This document shows positions 61,586 to 64,000 of a DNA stretch of 64,000 nt, piece after piece. Below the pieces are notes generated by a model, which made no database searches, was not told the DNA's origin, and was given only the letters and a program-made list of their open reading frames with translations. Numbering within the stretch: the stretch's first letter is position 1; every line of letters begins with the position of its first letter. Origin of the DNA: a bacterium (lineage in GTDB: Bacteria > UBA8248); assembly GCA_965207065.1 (NCBI GenBank), contig OZ242260.1, forward strand, positions 3,584,001 through 3,648,000, in the 5' to 3' direction. The position numbers and the translations under genes were made by a program.

Positions 61586-62647
61586 ATGGCATCCACGATG
61601 AAAGCAATGCGGCTTCATGAGTTGGGCGGCTCGTTTCAGCTCGAGGAGGTCCCGGTGCCACAACCGGGGCCGAACGACGCGCTGGTGCGCTTAAAGGCCA
61701 CGGGCGTGGGCCTCACGCTGGTCATCATGCGCAGTACGCCGGGCCTGGTGGATGAGTACCCGAGAATCCTGGGACACGAAATAGCGGGCGAGGTCGTCGA
61801 GACCGGCTCCCACGTCACGAACGTGGGCGTGGGCGACCACGTGACGTGCCACTTCTACCTGACCTGCCACAACTGCCGCTTCTGCCGCAGCGGACGCGAG
61901 ACGCTTTGCGAGAATTTCCGGGGATACTTCGGCCTCGTCATGGACGGGGGCTATGCCGAATACACAACCGTCCCCGCCGTGAACCTGTGCCAGATTCCGG
62001 CGGGCGTGAGTTCGCTCGACGCCTGCGTGGCGGCGGACGCCATCTGCACGCCCTATCACAACTGCGTGGCCGAGGCGCAGATAAAGCCCGGCGACGTGGT
62101 GGCCATTGTGGGCGCGGGCGGCGGCGTGGCGATTCACGCGGTACAGATGGCCCAGGTGTGCGGCGGCCACGTCATCGGTATCGACGTGTCGGAGAAAAAA
62201 CTGGAGACCGTCTCCGGGCTTGGCGCCTTCGCCACCCTGAACCCGGCGCAGACCGACACGGTGGAGGAGATCCTCTCCCTCACCGACGGGCGCGGGGTGG
62301 ACGCCTACATCGACTACGTGGCCTCGCGCGAGACGCTGGAAGCCGGCGTGGCCAGTCTGGCGCGCGGGGGCAAGCTGGTGATCGTGGGCTACCGGCCGGC
62401 GCCGGCGTACAACAACGTCTCGCCGAACTTCACCGTCGACCCGCTTCAGCTTCTCACCTACGCGCAGGAGATACACGGCTCGCGCTATTGCTCGATGGAA
62501 GAACTCGGACAATCGCTCACCCTGGTTCAGCAAGGGAGGATCAAACCCATCGTCACCGAGACCTTCCCGCTCGAAGAAACGGAAACCGCCTTCCAGGCGC
62601 TCATCGAAAACCGGGTGACCGGGAGGGCCGCGGTGGTGTTCGATTAG
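61586..62647 (+). CDS. Zinc-binding medium-chain dehydrogenase/reductase (alcohol dehydrogenase-like)
   Basis: LGHEIAG, structural Zn CHNCRFC..C, DGGYAEY, GAGGGV; GGAGG RBS. Confidence 0.9.
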   Translation: MASTMKAMRLHELGGSFQLEEVPVPQPGPNDALVRLKATGVGLTLVIMRSTPGLVDEYPRILGHEIAGEVVETGSHVTNVGVGDHVTCHFYLTCHNCRFCRSGRETLCENFRGYFGLVMDGGYAEYTTVPAVNLCQIPAGVSSLDACVAADAICTPYHNCVAEAQIKPGDVVAIVGAGGGVAIHAVQMAQVCGGHVIGIDVSEKKLETVSGLGAFATLNPAQTDTVEEILSLTDGRGVDAYIDYVASRETLEAGVASLARGGKLVIVGYRPAPAYNNVSPNFTVDPLQLLTYAQEIHGSRYCSMEELGQSLTLVQQGRIKPIVTETFPLEETETAFQALIENRVTGRAAVVFD

Positions 62648-62698
62648 GTTTCATACGCGAAGACGCATTCGTTTTTCATACGATAAGGAGAAATACCG

Positions 62699-63175
62699 AT
62701 GGTGGAATCCGTAGACAAGGAAGTGATGGCCAAGCAGGAGCGCCGCGTGAGAGCCAGGCGCTCGGAAGGCTGCCGGGTGGAGTTAAAAGCGCGTAAGCAC
62801 GCCTTCGTCGCCGATGAACCGGCCCAGGGCGGCGGGACCGACACCGGCCCCACGCCGCGCGAACTGGCGCTCGGCGCGCTTTCCGCCTGCATCACGGTCA
62901 TCACGAACAAGGTGGCCGAAGGACTCGACTTCAACGTCATCGCCCAGGAGGTGGAGGTGCGCGGCACGGCCGACCCCCGGGGCGCGAAAGACCCGGACAA
63001 CGGCATCAGCCCCAACTTCGATTACGTAGAGGCGAAAATCCACCTGACCACGGATGAGCCTGACGAGCGGGTGGAGGAACTGAAACGCCAGCATCACGGG
63101 CGCTGCCCCATCTCGGCGCTCTACCGCGAGAGCGGCTGCGAACTGGTGGAGGAGTGGATCGTCAAGCGGCCCTGA
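62699..63175 (+). CDS. OsmC/Ohr family protein
   Basis: ADEP..GGTDTGPTPRE, ALSAC and RCPIS (two conserved Cys). Confidence 0.88.
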   Translation: MVESVDKEVMAKQERRVRARRSEGCRVELKARKHAFVADEPAQGGGTDTGPTPRELALGALSACITVITNKVAEGLDFNVIAQEVEVRGTADPRGAKDPDNGISPNFDYVEAKIHLTTDEPDERVEELKRQHHGRCPISALYRESGCELVEEWIVKRP

Positions 63176-63200
63176 GGGGGGATTTGGCACCCCATCGAGA

Positions 63201-63322
63201 GTGATCATCGTCATTCCGGCGAATCGGTGGGGAATAAAATGCCGCTGTTCATACACCCGCACCCGCAAATGGCCAGCTTGTCGGTTGTCACCAGAATTCG
63301 CCGGAATGACGGTAGTGATCAC
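63201..63322. repeat. Long inverted repeat built from CGTCATTCCGGCGAA arms
   Basis: GTGATCATCGTCATTCCGGCGAAT at 63201 pairs with ATTCGCCGGAATGACGGTAGTGATCAC ending at 63322. Confidence 0.85.
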
Positions 63323-63375
63323 TTCCGAGCGAAGAGGAGTTTCAGCAATTCATGAGGTTCCGAAATCCATGCCAC

Positions 63376-63459
63376 GCGCAGCCTTTATAAGGTTACCTCA
63401 TCAGAACTCCTCGCCGGTGGCCGAGGGAAAATGGATTCCGGCTTTCGCCGGAATGACGA
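63376..63459. repeat. Left ~84-bp direct repeat ending in a CGTC-type palindromic (REP-like) unit
   Basis: GCGCAGCCTTT...CCTCGCCGGTGGCCGAGGGAAAATGGATTCCGGCTTTCGCCGGAATGACGA, repeated at 63892-63976. Confidence 0.88.
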
Positions 63460-63506
63460 GCCAGGCAAAACCGAGGTCGGGGTAGCGCGAAAAGCCGGAA
63501 GGTATT

Positions 63507-63794
63507 TCAGATAATATCTTCATATAAATCACGCCACGTCGGATTACCCTCTTCGATCAATTCAAGCTTCCATATTCGCCGCCAGCTTTTGATGCTCTTC
63601 TCACGAGTAATCGCGCTCTCCATCGTTTCGTGGCTCTCATACCAAACCAACGTGTGAATGCCGTAACGCTTCGTGAAACTTTCCGCCGAGCCGTTCTTAT
63701 GTTGCCAGATCCTACGGAGAAGGTCGGACGTAACGCCGATATAGAGCGTGCCGCGACGTTCATTGGCGAGAATGTAGACGCAAGGCTGCTTCAT
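63507..63794 (-). CDS. Small GIY-YIG family endonuclease
   Basis: VYILAN..GTLYIGVTSDL.RR..QHK, FTKRY, LVWYE, AITREKSIKSW.R.WK..LIE..NP.W.DL. Confidence 0.93.
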   Translation of the reverse strand: MKQPCVYILANERRGTLYIGVTSDLLRRIWQHKNGSAESFTKRYGIHTLVWYESHETMESAITREKSIKSWRRIWKLELIEEGNPTWRDLYEDII

Positions 63795-63819
63795 TTTTCC
63801 TGTTTTCTTGGTTTTTCAC

Positions 63820-63976
63820 CGTCATTCCGGCGAAAGCCGGAATCCATTCTGACTTTTCGTCCACTCGCGCGTGGATCCTTTTTCCCGCCGTGCGCAGCCT
63901 TTCCCAGGCACTCTCCATCAGGAACCCTCGCCGATGGCCGAGGGAAAATGGATTCCGGCTTTCGCCGGAATGACGA
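63820..63976. repeat. Inverted doublet of CGTC-type palindromic repeats (REPIN-like), containing the right direct repeat
   Basis: CGTCATTCCGGCGAAAGCCGGAATCCATT (63820-63848) and its exact reverse complement (63947-63975), with small internal hairpins between them. Confidence 0.9.
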
Positions 63977-64000
63977 AACTGGCCACTTAGGATCGGGTGC

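Noticed and set aside
63201-63485. 94-aa ORF and the opposite 179-aa ORF containing IPAFAGMT-like peptides
   Set aside because: These peptides are simply translations of the CGTC palindromic repeats

Overview
A 64 kb bacterial chromosomal segment made mostly of minus-strand housekeeping genes: ftsH (partial), tilS, tRNA-Met, proS, ispG, rseP, lolA, purN/purM, an ntrY/ntrX-type two-component locus, mutS, ybeY, a 7TM-HD hydrolase, phoH, xerD, murJ, rpsT, holA, lptE, nusB, the rib operon, ppdK, glyQS, aspartate-pathway genes, lipA, argS, recO, rpsU, era and aspS. A more accessory right end (50-64 kb) carries an MFS transporter, an aldo/keto reductase, comEC, a TPP enzyme, cobB, hisS, a GNAT, fxsA, a frameshifted RelE/HigB-type toxin-antitoxin pair, a Zn-dependent dehydrogenase, an OsmC protein and a GIY-YIG nuclease. 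The gene set indicates an LPS-producing diderm. The gene order resembles Deltaproteobacteria/Nitrospinota-like lineages, which is inference only. The most notable features are: (1) one 711-aa ORF fusing an NtrX-like receiver/degenerate AAA+/HTH module to a catalytically intact LpxC, directly behind an NtrY-like kinase; (2) a small GIY-YIG nuclease gene embedded in CGTC-type palindromic repeats and ~84-bp direct repeats; (3) a 71-bp tandem array upstream of cobB; (4) several apparently catalytically dead domains (ApgM-like, RibA-like, ComEC MBL); (5) a strong left-to-right GC gradient across core genes. All calls come from motif recognition by eye; no database searches were run.
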